A stretch of 64,000 nucleotides of DNA, taken from NCBI GenBank assembly GCA_001179505.1, contig CDMY01000488.1:1-64000 (forward strand), in the 5' to 3' direction. This document shows positions 1 through 12,779 of the stretch, piece by piece. The notes under the pieces were generated by a model. That model searched no databases. It had not been told where the DNA came from and was given only the letters and a program-made list of their open reading frames with translations. Every line of letters starts with the position of its first letter. Position 1 is the stretch's first letter. The position numbers were made by a program, and so were the translations under genes. The stretch comes from Vitrella brassicaformis CCMP3155. Its lineage: Eukaryota > Protista > Chromerida.

Positions 1-1050
1 GCCGGATGGGTACGTCGCCAACAATCTCACCACTGCACAACACACAGACACAAAACAGACAACACGTGTCCATTGCAGTGTATGTGCCGCGGCCGAGCTC
101 TGACCTGAATCGCTTGTAGAGGGGGTTGCCGGGGCCGGGTTGCGACAGCGTCGCCTCGGTGGTCGACACCTTCTTGCGCAGGATGGTCACGGTTTTCACC
201 TCGTGTGCAGTGCCGTCCTCTGCTCGGAGGAAGGGCCCCATCGCCTTGCCGAAGTCCTTCAGATGCCCCGCCGCCCCCTCCAGCTCCGCCACCGCCGCAT
301 TGTAGCCCTCCACATACTCACGCAAACGATCTCCCATGCTGTCCGTCCCGCTGCCACCCTCATCGCCCCCCTCCTTATCCCCCTCCGCCTCTCCGTCGTC
401 CATGTCGACGTCCTGTGATGGTGTGTCGATGTCGAGTGGCGTGTGGGTGAGGAAGAGCTTGTGGTAGAAGGCGAATATGGGATCCTCCTGCTGTGTGTCG
501 TCGAGCTTGATCTCGTGCTGCTCAGCTGAGGCGTCTGCAGCCTCAACCATGGAGATCTCATCAGACAACCTGACACACACAGGAGAAGACACACAATGAA
601 TGACCAACTTCCCCTTCCCCCTCCCTCCGCTCACCAGTCCACATACTTTGGATCTGCGTCGAGGAAGGGCCGCCCCTCCTCATCGCGGGGCAGGGCGTCC
701 ACGCAGTACAGCAGCAGATGGGCGAAGTAGGTGCGGCGGAGCTGATCCAGCATCAGCCCCTTGCGCGACACACCCACCACCCGGCCGCCCACATTGACCT
801 CCACCTCCCCCTCGATGCCGCCCGTCAGCTCCAACTTGCCGCCCGTGTTCTCAATCAGCTCTTTGATGGCCGCGGCTTTGGTCTGCAGCTGCTGGATGGC
901 GGCCGTGGCGGCGTTCTTGATAGCGAGCAGGGCGGCGATAGCCGATGCGAGAAGCCTGTCGAGCGATTGGCGGCCGATACGGGGAGCGGGGTGGTGCTGG
1001 TCATCGTCATACGGCTGGCCAGCGGCAGCCGCAGCCGCTGCACCATCATT
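1..1050. repeat. Inverted segmental duplication, left copy of 19810-20853
   Basis: Position 1 GCCGGATGGGTACGTCGCC is the reverse complement of 20835-20853. Exons and introns are both shared through about 1050. Confidence 0.9.
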
Positions 1051-1077
1051 CACTTTGCGCTTCTTGCCGAGCATTTT
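1..1077 (-). CDS. BTB/POZ (KCTD-type) + TLDc family protein, 5' part; gene continues off the left edge
   Basis: Exon 1 (1077 or 1101 to 635) encodes VEVNVGGRVVGVSRKGL...YFAHLL...LPRDEEGRPFLDADPKYVDW, a KCTD-type BTB. GT-AG introns lie at 634-570 and 104-33. It is a near-identical inverted paralogue of the complete gene at 19727-21963, which ends in TLDc. Confidence 0.85.
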
Positions 1078-1171
1078 GCGATGGATCAATGGGTGGATCA
1101 ACGGTACAAGCTAATCGCCGCACGCGAAAGGCCTCACGGCTCGATTCTGATGAGTCGTTCCTTTCTCAAAC

Positions 1172-1179
1172 TGCGAGCT
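1172..1179. promoter_or_regulatory. TGCGAGCT candidate promoter element; other exact copies at 9308, 12727, 19660, 28873, 33007, 37253, 48917
   Basis: The exact 8-mer, on either strand, lies in eight upstream or divergent intergenic spacers. Function is inferred from position only. Confidence 0.5.
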
Positions 1180-1404
1180 TAGAAGCGGAGGTCGGCATCC
1201 TGTTCCTCCCTTCTCGCCGGTTTCGTGGCCCAACGATGCCCTTGGTGGTAGATCTCTGCTGAACAGCCTTGCTGATTGTGGTTCTTCACCCACCGAGATC
1301 AGTCACTACAACCATTTGACGTCCGCAGGGCAATACTCCGGCTTGAGGGACGACGCACGACAGTCGATGACACAGCCAACAACGCAGCAGCAACGAGAGT
1401 GACG

Positions 1405-3614
1405 ATGGCGACCCAAGCCGCCCATCTCGGCCAGCCACCTTCATCCGCTGATTCCGCTGCTCCATCTTCGTCCAGGGCTGAGGCTGCCTGCGTCGTTCCA
1501 GCCATGCAAAATCCCACAGCGGCCCATCAGCCATCCGCAGCGGCCTCAGTAGCGGCGATGGACATCGACCAGGAGGGCCACTCTGTTGGCGGCGTCGTGC
1601 GGGAGGACAGTGCGGCAGATGGGGTGGAGGCTGCCGCTTCGATGCCCACCATGCCCGATCTACAGTCAATGTCAGCGGCCGCCACATACCCGTCCCCCTC
1701 CCCATCTCACCCGAACGGCCCTCCCTCCTCCCAGCAAGACGGCCTTCTACAGCTGCTGGGCGAGCGAGGCGACCCCACCAGGACGACCCTCTACCACCCG
1801 GCCTATCCAGGGGTGCAGTTCTCTGTGCGCAGCGTCGATGGTGCAGAGGGCGTGTGTGGGGTGGTCGCTGGGCCCTTCCACGACAGCCAGGAGGAGCTGT
1901 TCGCCGCCGATCGGGGCGTGACTCGCGACCCGAACAAGGGCTGGAAGCTGGGCGACGTGACGCAGCTGCTGAAGCGGGTCAGGAAGGGGGGGCCAATAGC
2001 GGCGGACGAGCCTTTTGAGGCCAGGACGAGCCACCAGGGGGCCCGACGGTACCTCGTCACGGCGTCGTTGCCAGCCTTTCCAGCGGTAGAGATGTCGCCC
2101 ATCACGGCCCAGAAGGCGGAATCTGCCACCCATAGCAAGATGGAGGACCTCGACGCCTTCATCGAACGGTGAGGTCACACACCGGTGCACTCAGTGCTCC
2201 ACGAGGTGTGCATGGCCGCGTGTGGCAGAATCTGTGCCACTGTGTGTGTTGCAGATGCAATAGTGAGGGTTGTGGAGACCTGATGGTGGTCCGTTCGACG
2301 ATGTTCGACGCCCTCGAGGTGGAGAATCTCGTCCAGAGCACACTTGCTTCCAGCATGGCGACCCATTTCAAGACCAGCTCGAAGCCGACCCCAACCCACC
2401 CCTCTGTGCTGCGCCTCTCGCCGTCCAACGGCGGGAGTGGAGTATACGATGCTGTGGCGGTGCTGCGGGCCATCTCGATGGCCATGTGGCCCCGCCCCAA
2501 GGGCGGGAAGATGGCCATCCTGCGAGAGGTGGACGACATGCTCGACAAGAGTCGAGACCCGCCTGCTGGCGGCCCTGTTGACGCTCATCTGCTGGTGGAG
2601 AGGATGCTCGACAAACTCAAGTGGAAAAGGAACATCTGGTGGGCCAAAATAAGAAGGAGGGAGGGAGGGAGGGAGGGAGAAAGGGAGGGATGCTGTGTGT
2701 GGGTGGATGGGTGTATGGATCTGTCTGATGTGTCCGTCGTGTGCAGGTTTTTCGTGATCCCGCATATGGACACGTTGCCGCTGTCGGTGCTCGCGGACCT
2801 GACAACCGATCGGCGCTCCAAGGTGGCCATCATAGGTGAGTGAGGTGGACACACGCTACGCTGCCAACCATCATCAGCCAGAGCCCACGCATTGCTGGTG
2901 TTTGGCCCTTTGCAGGACTACAGACGGTCTCTGGTAGCTGTGAGGAGTCCATGATGTTGGAAAGCACCCATTCGGATGGTATGGAACGAACAACGAACAG
3001 CACTAGCCCTCTCTTCGTCCATATGCCTTTCCCTCGTGTGTGTGTATCTGCCAGCAGGCCTCCCAAAGTACGAGGTCCTCCGGCTCAACTCAGCGAGGGT
3101 CCTCGTCAATGCTGCCCTCGGCCCTCCCCCCCGCAAGGAGACGACGACGTCCCCCACTGCCGGCAAAGGGACATCGAGCAGCCTCGCAGGCAAGATGATC
3201 TCCGCCCTCCAGGACCGCTTCGCCGGCGACATTGAGGATGATGACAATGGCCTCTGCGAGCCGCGCGCGCCCACGAGAGTGAGAAACAAGCCCAAGAAAC
3301 AGAAGCGGCGTGTCAGGCGCGAGGGGCTGGGCGATAGTGGGGAGGGAGAGTACAGATACTACGATATGGGCCACCTTGTCGAGGGCGGGCAGCCAGTGGA
3401 CACAGTGGCGAGGGCCCCCAGGTCAGGCAAGGACAGAGACTGACACACGTCAGAATGAATGAATGGACGGATGGATGCTCTCACGTGTCCTGCTGCTCTC
3501 CTCTTGTGCAGCATGGCGCCCTTGAAGTGGAGACAAGGCCATCTGCCCATGCCCATCATGTCGGTGAACGACCAGAGCAAGAAAGAAAACCCCGCAGGCA
3601 CCAGCACGAAGTGA
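1405..3614 (+). CDS. Multi-exon hypothetical protein with low-complexity N-terminus, an unrecognised repeated domain and a possible degenerate NTPase-like C-terminal region
   Basis: Long ORF 1276-2172 with likely ATG at 1405. Further exons at about 2254-2640, 2747-2835, 2916-2940, 3058-3421 and 3512-3614 join by GT-AG into an open frame ending ...ENPAGTSTK*. No confident family match. Confidence 0.6.
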
Positions 3615-3906
3615 GCATTTATTGAAGAGAGGAATTATATACTAAGCCGCCTCCCCATCCATAATTGTTGTTCGATTTGCCTGTCTGCCTGCCTGCCTCC
3701 TTTCGCCCATTCACTCAGGGCTCGTTTGGTCGACCAGCTGCGGTCTTCGAGGGTGAAGCCGCCACCGCCCCTACTCCCACTCAACATGTATGGGCGTCTG
3801 TGGGCGACCTGAATGAAGGGCGAAAAGGGATGCATTCCTGTCCTGTCCTGTCCTGCCTGTGAGTGTGTGTCTTCATCCAGCAGCCGGTTGGGCACTTTGT
3901 CATCGA

Positions 3907-6682
3907 ATGGTGCACTCGCCACTACCCCCTCACCCCTGCTGCCGCCCCTCAGGACGCCCTCACTCCCGGGAGACGACTGCAGTGGGGGGGATGGCACACC
4001 GCCCAGCGATGACAGGACACACCATGACATTACACAGGGGTAGGCGGACAGGCAAGGGGGCAAGAATGTGGCGGCCTCAATGGAATGTATTGACCTTCAG
4101 GCTTGTGGAGGGATCGTTGGCTGCCGAGCTGCGGCGGTCGCGGAAGGTGCTGTCGACCCACCCCTTCCCAGCTGCCGTGGCCACTGCATCGCCTGCTGCC
4201 AAGATCAATGTCGAGGAGGTCCTTTGTGCTTTCACCCTGCCATGCAACCGGGCACCGGATCCTTCCCCGCCGCCCACCGAGCCGACCATAGAGGCACCCA
4301 AGGACAGCGCAGCAGGTGAGAAAGAAGGAGAGGGAGAAGAATGCTAGACAGCGTGTCGGTTCCCATATCTGTCATCTCTGTTGCGTGTGTTGACTTAGGT
4401 CCAACGCCACCCGCCTCCCAATCCCCACCCCCACCTCCCACCGCCTCATGTCAGGAGAAAAGCAGTCCAGCCAACAACACGGAGCTGCAAGACGCCACCG
4501 GCCGGTCAGCATGCGACAGGGCCCCCTCGCCTAGTGCCAAGGAGAAGGCTGTCGACAAGCCATCTCCCTCGCCCCAGCCGGCCGCTGGTGGGTCGAATCG
4601 TCCCTCCCCGGCCGCAGCGGTAGGTGGTCCGGGCGACGAGAGGAACACCGTTGGGCAGCTTCTGAGGACGATACGACACAAGCAGGACCCCGGCCACTCG
4701 GCGTACTCGGCGGCCTACGAGGGCATGCAGTTTAGCGCCGAGAAGATGGCGGACGGGCGGCACTTTCTGGTCACCGGCTGGCCATCTGCCAGCGTCGCCG
4801 CCCAGTACCTGTGTGTGCGGGCGACTGTGCATCGTGACTCCCACGGGACGGCCACTGGGTGGCAGATGTGGCGGCTGACGGACCTGCTGGGGGCGGTGCG
4901 GGCCGGATCGGCGGGAACCGACGATCGGTTCGAGATCGTCACTGATGTGGCCGATGGCCAGGAGAGGCAAGTGGCGCAGTGGAGGCCTCCGCAGCGTGAC
5001 GAGAAGGCAGAGGCATCGCGGCCTCGCAAGCACCAGGACACGCCTAGCCCATGTGACGACACAGGTGAGATCAATGACACAGGCAGGACGAAAGCCACGA
5101 CTAGTTCTCACCTTGTCTGCTGTTGCCTCCGTGCGCTCAGGCCTTGGCGACCGTCGCAAGCGACGCCTATCACACGACCCTCTCCCTCTCCCCTCTCTCG
5201 ACGGCGATGGCGATGGACGTGATGGCTCGCTCAACCACTGCCGTCCGTCCAAGCGCCAGCGCAGCAGCCAGTCGCAGCATGTCTCGCACCGGGAGCTGGC
5301 GAGTCTTGATGGGCTGTGTGGCGACAAGCTGGCTTGCGCACTGATGCGGCGGATGCGGGAGAAGGAGCCGGGCGACTTCCACGAGCCAGACAGAGGCGGG
5401 TGAGTATGACCAAGGGCATGATGGACGCTTTCATGTTGACAGTGGCATCTCTGTGCGTGTGTGTGTGTCAGTATCGGCATCTCGTGGCGGACCAACTACA
5501 GTTACGAGGCCTACTTCTGGGACAATGACGCATCGACGACCGTCGATTTGCGTCAGTTCCCTGTCGGCCACGGCGCCTCCCCTGAGGCCATCTTCACGGC
5601 CTTCCGTGAGGCCGTCGAGTACCGCAATGCGCTCCACCGGTCGCGTGTGGGCGATCGGGCGATGGCCATCGATCTCTCGTGGCTCCAGCGAGCACAGCGG
5701 GGGAAAGGGCAGACGGACGGCGGGATGCGTGAGGGGCAATTCGGCTGGAGCCCACCCCCGCAGCGCCGCAAGCGCACCAAGGGGCCCGGCGACGACCCGC
5801 CCCTCGACTCCTCTCCCCCGTCCCGCCCTCCCCGGTCCATCTTTCCCCGCCTCCCGGGCCGCCCCCCTGGGCGTCGAGAAGGCGACGCAACAGAGGGCCG
5901 CGGTGGCCGGCAGAAGAAAGAGCGTGGCTCGGGCGGCGCGTCGGTCTGACAGCTGTGACGACGATGACGGCAGCAGCTCATCATCTCCAGAACCACGGCG
6001 AAGGCCCAAGGCAGCCAAGAGGGATGGTGCGTTGGTGTCTGCCGGTGATGTGCCGTCGCCCGTCTATGCGTCCAATCCGCAGTGGGCCGCCGACACAGAC
6101 AAGAACACCAGCACAAAGGCCACCGTCATCACCAAATCACGTGAGAACACCAAGAAGCGAATTCAAGGCGACCAGAGCGTCCACGCTTGTGTGTCCCGCC
6201 AATTTCAGAGCACCAGTCTGACGTGACAGGGGTGGCGTGGGTTGAGGGGCACCAGGCCTGGATGGCAACATGGTACGAGAAGGGCGACCCAAAGATGAAG
6301 CAGAATTGCTTCTACGTCCGTAACCATGGCTTCGACAGAGCCAAGGTGCACATGACGCCGCCCATTCCCTCTGTCTCTCTCAGTGTCTCTCGTGTGTCTC
6401 TCCGTCCGTCAGGCGTTGGCAGAGAACTGTCGTCTCGAGATCGAGCGCACCGGACGGGCGGTGGTCAAGAAGCGATCGGAGCACCAGAGCGGCGTCAAGG
6501 GCTTCTACTTAAACAAAGGGGCATGGGTCGCTCAGTGGCAGGTGGGCGGCGAGAGGAACCTTAAGCCCTTCTCTGTGCGTGAGCTGGGCTATGAGGGCGC
6601 CAAGCAGGCGGCCATAGCCCACCGCCGTGCGATGGAGGAGAGGCACTACACATTCAAAGACAGGGGAGCGAAACATTGCTGA
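3907..6682 (+). CDS. ApiAP2 transcription factor with 3 AP2 domains; carries a +1 frameshift near 5914
   Basis: Contains GVAW..HQAWMATWYEKG...FYVRNHGFDRAK|ALAE, GVKGFYLNKGAWVAQWQVGG..FSVRELGYEGAKQAAIAHRR, and a divergent GISW..YEAYFW...F.....AFREAVEYR. All match the apicomplexan AP2 pattern. An extra A relative to the paralogue at about 17095 breaks the frame. Confidence 0.8.
5310..6660. repeat. Inverted segmental duplication, left copy of about 16340-17710
   Basis: Near-identical exons and introns (GISWR(T/N)NYSYEAYFWDNDAS... through ...MEERHYTFKD) on opposite strands. Confidence 0.9.
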
Positions 6683-6798
6683 TGAGCGAGACAGGCACAC
6701 GTAGCGTGGGGGGAAGGTGTGGTCTTCATTGGGCTGTGTCGTGTTAGTCGTGCTGCTGCTGCATGTCGACGGATTGTGACGTGAATGACCATGTGGAT

Positions 6799-9253
6799 TT
6801 AAGCTGACCAGTGAGTGAGTGAGTGAAGTGAATGGCATATCAAATGGCTCTTGAGCATAACATCCATCCGGCCGTCTGTCGTGCTACTGCAGGAGCTGCC
6901 CCCGGACCCGCAGTGGCACATGCGGTATCTCGCGCGGACATCGCCGGTGAACCACTTGAGGAAGGGATACTTGGCCTCGTCGGGCTCGATGTCGTCTCCA
7001 TCATCGCTGACCTCATCTGCGGCGGTCAGCAGCACAAGAGACGTCTACCATCACATGGACGCATTCTTTAGGTCGTTGCTCACATTGCCGTGTGTTGACG
7101 GTCAGGACGACAGTATTGGGCTGCAGCATCAGGATGAGGTCGTAGTACACTCGGAAATGGTCGGGCGAAAGGGAGGAACATCCTCATCCAGCGGATAGCC
7201 AAGCTGAGTGACAGATTGATCAGACACACAGACACACACACAAAGGACGTCGAGAAAAGTGCTGTCCTCGCGGCGGCCGTCCCTTCATTCAATTTGGGTG
7301 CACCCAGCGCACCTCTGTCTTGACGTTCATGACAAGCGTGTCGAGCGAGAGGCGCTCCTGCATGGTACTCCACAAGGCGCCGCCCTTCTCAGGCACCACC
7401 AGGGGGCTATCCTCAACCCTTGTCCTGATCACCAACGCGCCCAGACACACACGCTTGGTGCCCCCCTCCCCTGTTTGCTGAGCCGCCGTGCCCTCAGACA
7501 GACACACAAACGCGTCAAAGGCCGCCCACCTGAATGAATGCACCACATACACCCACACACAAAAAGTCTCACTCACTCACTCACTCACTCACCAGGGCAC
7601 ACGAATGAGCCGGACGGTGTGTAGTGTAGGCGGCATGGTCTTGAGCAGGCGCTGCAGGGATTCCGACAGCACGTAGTGGTTGGTGGGGGGTGGAGGGCGC
7701 ACCGGCGTGGGCACACCAGCAGCTGCGTATGCCGCCTGGTCTTCTGCCTCCTGTTGAGTCATGGGGAGCTGAGGAGGGAGGGGCTTCTCGTGGATGCCAT
7801 CAGCCGTGAATCGGTGCTTGTGGTTAGTGGTGTGGTCCTTGACAGACTGGTACTCGACCTTCTCCAGCGTCAGCACCTCGGCACTCGTCCAGCCGCCCGC
7901 CGTCCAGCCGGCAATCTACAAGACAGAGCGACCAGCGAGAGAGAGACAGAGAGAGAGAGAGAGAGATGCATGATGGATCGACGCGTGAGTGATCCACGTC
8001 CTCACTCACCGCATCATGGCCGACGTAGCCGCGAAGTAAGTCGACACACTTGATGATGAGGTACTTGGTCTTGTGGAAGACCACCGGCCGGCCACTCGAG
8101 TCGGCGAGCTCCCATGAGTCGTCCCAGGGCCGCGAATGTTCATCGTAGCTCATCACGACGGTCTCGGCCTCGCGGATGCCGCGCTTGACGATGTCGCGGA
8201 TGGACCCCTCAAGCTTGGCGGGGCAACTGTCAGCAGGCGCACAGCTTCCCTTGAGCGTGACCACCAGGCCTTTCGCCATCGGCCAGTAGCCTGAAACAAG
8301 TGACGACAACACTTCAAAGGCCTCTCTCTCGTGTGTGTGTGTGTGCATGCACTCATACCGCGGCTCTCCAGTTCGACCAGCAGCTGCATGAGAGTGGGTC
8401 CGACCTCCGCGCCGCTCTCGTCGCGGCGGCGGGCTGGATCAAAGGATGCCGGCAGGGTCGACTCGAAGGCCAGGTTGCGGTCGAAGATGCCGATGCGCTT
8501 GCTTGTGGCCGGAGGCTGGATGCGCGGCAGGCCACGCACGAGCCTGTCCATCTCCTGATCGTGTGCGATGAAGACCATGCCGCCCACCGCCTCCAGGCTG
8601 TCTGCACGTGTGTCGAGTGCCGAGCCGCACACGTGTGTGGGCAGAGGGAACACGTCAATGTGGCGGATGAGCGGCGAATGAGCCAGTAGGTGGGTCAGTG
8701 GCTGGTGAAGGTCCGATGGCCGGTCCAGCAGCCGTGGCTCGTCCCCACTGCGCAGCCTGGCAGTGAGTGTGTTGAGTTTGGGTGTCTTCCAGCCCAAGTG
8801 CCAGAATGTCTTGAGCACAGGCAGCAGCCCCACGTCGATGTCGGTGAGAGCCGGAAACGTCCTCGGTGCGCCTTGCAGGCCCGCTGCCGCGGCGTCCCAC
8901 CAGGGGAGCGTATCGAATACCGACTCGACCGACTTGATGGCCTTGATCTTGTCACCGTGGCGCTGCATCGTAGTCACGAAGAACTGCAGCACATCATCCT
9001 CAAGGCTGGCCTCGTCCTCGGCCGCCACGAGAATGATCTTCTGCGGGCCCTGGGACCACAGAAGGACGCGTCGATCCCGAGGGACGGCCGGGCCGATGAC
9101 GAGGGTGGACGAGCAGATGGCCTCGAAGCAGCTCTCGTCCAGGACAGACAGGCGCATGGTCTCCTCGTCTGTGAGAGTGCCGGAGAGGTTAAGCACCCAG
9201 AGCTCTGACGGAAGGCGGGCCAGGCCGTGCATGCCGCGAGTTGGCGACGCCAT
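6799..9253 (-). CDS. F-box-like domain protein, multi-exon
   Basis: N-terminal LARLPSELWVLNLSGTLTDEETMRLSVLDES resembles the F-box consensus. There is a 417-aa ORF plus downstream exons at about 8290-8040, 7880-7680, 7490-7300, 7200-7090 and 7050-6880. The 3' end is uncertain. Confidence 0.55.
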
Positions 9254-9372
9254 GACACCGAGAGATTCGACTCCTTCCTCAACGACGACCTTTGAGCTCG
9301 CAGTCGTTGCGAGCTCGAGCTTGTCCCAGTTATTCCTGCGAATTCCTACAGATCTGTGCTTCTGTGGTGACA

Positions 9373-11343
9373 ATGACGATGCCAGCGTCGCTTTCCGACT
9401 GCCCATCTGTCGCGCGACTCACTAGCGACTGCGACGCATCCCTCGACGCGCTTCGTGAGCAGGAGACCAGGGCCCGAGAGGGCGCCAAGCAGCTGGCAGA
9501 GGACATCGTCGCTTCAGTGGCAGCCAAGGGCGGCGTGTGGCAGCCTCCCGAGACCACTGGCGAGGTGCTCGTCAACGCAGGTCAACACACGCAAGACGAC
9601 CACGGTCGTGCGTTGATGTGTGCACCGATGTGTCCTGCTGTCGTGTGTGCGATGCAGGCGGGGTGGTCTTTCCGGTGAGCCGCCGAGGCCTGCTGATGCC
9701 TCTCATGCGCAAGCGGTACATCTCAGTTCTGCTCATGCATTTCGCTGACGGCATGCCCAAGGACCCCAGCGGCCACGTCTATCTGGAGGTGTCCAGCGCC
9801 TACTTCGACGCTTTCCTGGACGCACTGACCCTCTACGAGACCGGCCGTGCGAACACGGTGACCCTCCCCGCAAACAAGGCTGCCGACCCCACATACGCCG
9901 AATACCACTGCCTCTTCATGCGTGAGGTCGGGGTCTTCTCCCCATCGGCTGACCAGCAGCAAGCACCGCTCGACGCCACGATGGCCAACAATGGAGCGCA
10001 GCAGCCATGGGAAGCGACTGCGGGTGTGGACGAGGCCACCCAGCAGTACTTCGATGCCTCGCAGCCCTCGATTCGCGCCTATGTGAAGGCCGCCAAGGGG
10101 CTGGGGCGCCTCAAGGAGGACATCAACGCATTCCTGACGGCCATGGAGCCCTTCTTGAAGACACCAGGCGATGGTGACAGCACACTCTTGAGCCTGACCA
10201 TCCTGGGCAGGCAGGTGGTGATCCTGAAGAGCACGCTTCTTCGTCTGGGGGACAAGCATCCGCTGCTCACGCGATTCTCCGAGTAAGAGGGGTGGGTGGG
10301 CACGGAAGCGATCAAATGCTATGCACTCCGTGTCCGCTTTTGTGTGCAGCACCCCGCCGAATTGGCCAGATCGACACATTCGACAGACGCCCGCCAAGCA
10401 CTTCGTACACACGGTGGAATTTGCCCGGCGCATCGCCATGACCATGCCCAAGGGCCAGTTCATCCACCCCCCGCTGCTCGACGAGAGTGAGCGACGGCTG
10501 TGCATCGAGGACATGGAGATGTACGGCATCGCCTACGCCCCGATCTGCCATCTGGCGGCTGGTGGCGATCTCATCGTGGACCTGCCGGCCGGCGATGGAT
10601 GGGTCATCCAGTCGGCGCAGGAGTGGGTGAGCGTCCTCGTCGACATCATGGACAAGCCCACATGCAGCCCATCGCTGTTGTTCAAGTGAGAAGAAACAGC
10701 TCGGAATGCTCCGAGCATTCCAACCTATCGCACAAAAGCGGCTTTACGTTTCTGACAGGTCAAGCCGTGACGGTGATGACTTCGGCACGATGGTGGACAA
10801 GGTGGGCGATGCGAGCGGTCTTCTCTTCCTCATCAACCACAACGACACACACCGATTCGGCGCCTTTGTGAACGGTCAACTCAAGCCGCCCGCCGACCCC
10901 ACACACACCAGCGGACTCTACAAAGTGCAGCAGTTCCTCATTTCCATCAGCGGTGCATATGGCCAGGTCACCAAGATTCCAATCCCCACGGCCAGACAAA
11001 CGGTGCATGTCGCCGGCCGCGACGCGTTCATCAAGTCCAGCAATGAGGACTCACGTGGCAAGGTGGGAAGAACAAAGCAGCACGAGCAGAATGACACAAC
11101 TCTCACATGTCATGTGTGCAGTTGTGTTTGGGTAGCGGATATCTGTGGTTTGCCTGGGGCAGCCCCGGCCCCGCGGATGACGTGCGCAGCATGAATCAGT
11201 GGGTCAAGACGCAGGACCTTCCCGATGGCTACCTCGGCCAATTCAACAGCGACGGCAATGGCACACTGGCAGGCGCATGGACATTCACAGCCAAGGAAGT
11301 CGAGATATGGCATGTGCATGGCGGCGGTGCGACGAGCGCGTGA
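9373..11343 (+). CDS. BTB/POZ + TLDc domain protein
   Basis: BTB: VLVNA|GGVVFPVSRRGL...YISVLL...MPKDPSGHVYLEVSSAYFDAFLDAL. TLDc: RSSRDGDDFGTMVDKVGDASGLLFLI..NDTHRFGAF...YLWFAW...GTLAGAWTFTAKEVEIW. Confidence 0.85.
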
Positions 11344-11874
11344 GTCAGGTGTCCCCATAGCCGCTGTTTTTGACCCGGCTGTACCGTACCGTTTTGTCGG
11401 AAGATGGACCAGCTCGTTCTTTGCAAAAGACAACTTCGTGTTTGTGCTCTCTGTGTCTCTGACGATGCAGCCGACGTGGTGGCCTGAATACCTTCACACA
11501 CGTATTGGCTCGTTTGAAGTGCTTGTGCGGTACGACAGTACGTCGGACGTTTTGTGAGATCGATGAATTCTTGAGCTCAACTTCAGCAAACACGCGCACC
11601 CCTTTGTCTGTTTGACCTTTCGTGTTCTCTTCACACATGACATCCAGACACACAGAGCCTAACCCATGCGCCCGTCTGTGTATGTGAAGCACTCTTATGA
11701 ATCCAAGCAGGCAGCCGTCACGTGGGCAGCCGAGCTGAGTCAAAAGACAGAAGGAGACAGTGAGTGAAAAACAAAACACGGGCGAGTTGAGTGAGCAATC
11801 AGAACTGAACCCGACTGTGTAAACAGCCCGGCAAAGCAAGTCGTCAATGTCTCATTAGCTACGAAAGCAATCTA

Positions 11875-12690
11875 TCAGTCACTTGATGCCCAGCGACACC
11901 CACTGCTGCCCAGCCGGCCCCATTGGAACTGACAGTCGTCATTGCCCTCCTCGTTGTTGAAGCCCTTGACAGCGAAGCACTGCAGCTGCGGCACATGCAC
12001 CAGCTGCCCGTCCGGCCCCTGACGCCACTCGCCCACCACCTCCCGATTGCTGACCGTCTTGGTCGTCGCCCAGCCGACAAAATGCCCAAGGGCCGCCCGG
12101 ACGCGCCTGCGGTCCGACAAACACGATCCATGCCGCAGAGTCAGACTCACCGCCGACGGCAACCGCCATCACTGATATACCCACAAACACGCCCAGCAGC
12201 GACCCATCCAATTGATTGCCGCACTCGGCCTCCTCACACCAGATAGTCCGCCATCGACTCGCATTGGTCTTCCTGTCGGTCACGCGGAAGGTGGCCGCCG
12301 GCAGGGAGTCGGGGTGGGTCAGGCGCCTCCTGCGGCTGCTGCTCAGCGGGGGCGGCTCATCGAAGCTCAAAAGCGTCTCAGATGGCAGCTGCAGCGTCTC
12401 GGGGCGCACACTCGGCAGCAGCTGCACCCACCACACACACACACACACACAAAACACAGCGCATCTCACAGAGGCGCATGTGTGTGGTTTACCTCCTGCC
12501 TTGCAGCCGGCAGATGGACAAGATCTGTCGTCGGCCGCCTCCTACTCCACGCGCCTAGGGTCCTGCCGCTGCCTCACCAGATTTCAGAGGCTGAACAAAT
12601 GCCATTGTGCTTTCCTTGCCGAAAAACGTCAGGAACGCCACGACAGGGGACAGCAGGCTGACCTGCTAGCAGCTCATCCTAAGCCGCCTT
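11875..12690 (-). CDS. Small multi-exon hypothetical protein
   Basis: Exon-like segments (LLPSVRPE...WCEEAECGNQL; RVRAALGHFVGWATTKTV...CRWASSD*) are separated by GT-AG introns. Two implied introns are unusually short and the start is unresolved. Confidence 0.35.
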
Positions 12691-12779
12691 GTGCAAGATG
12701 CCATAGCGCAGTTTGATGCGCTTTGTAGCTCGCACGAGAGGCGATCGCCGCGAGAATCCTCCGCCCTCTGATCCGCCTT

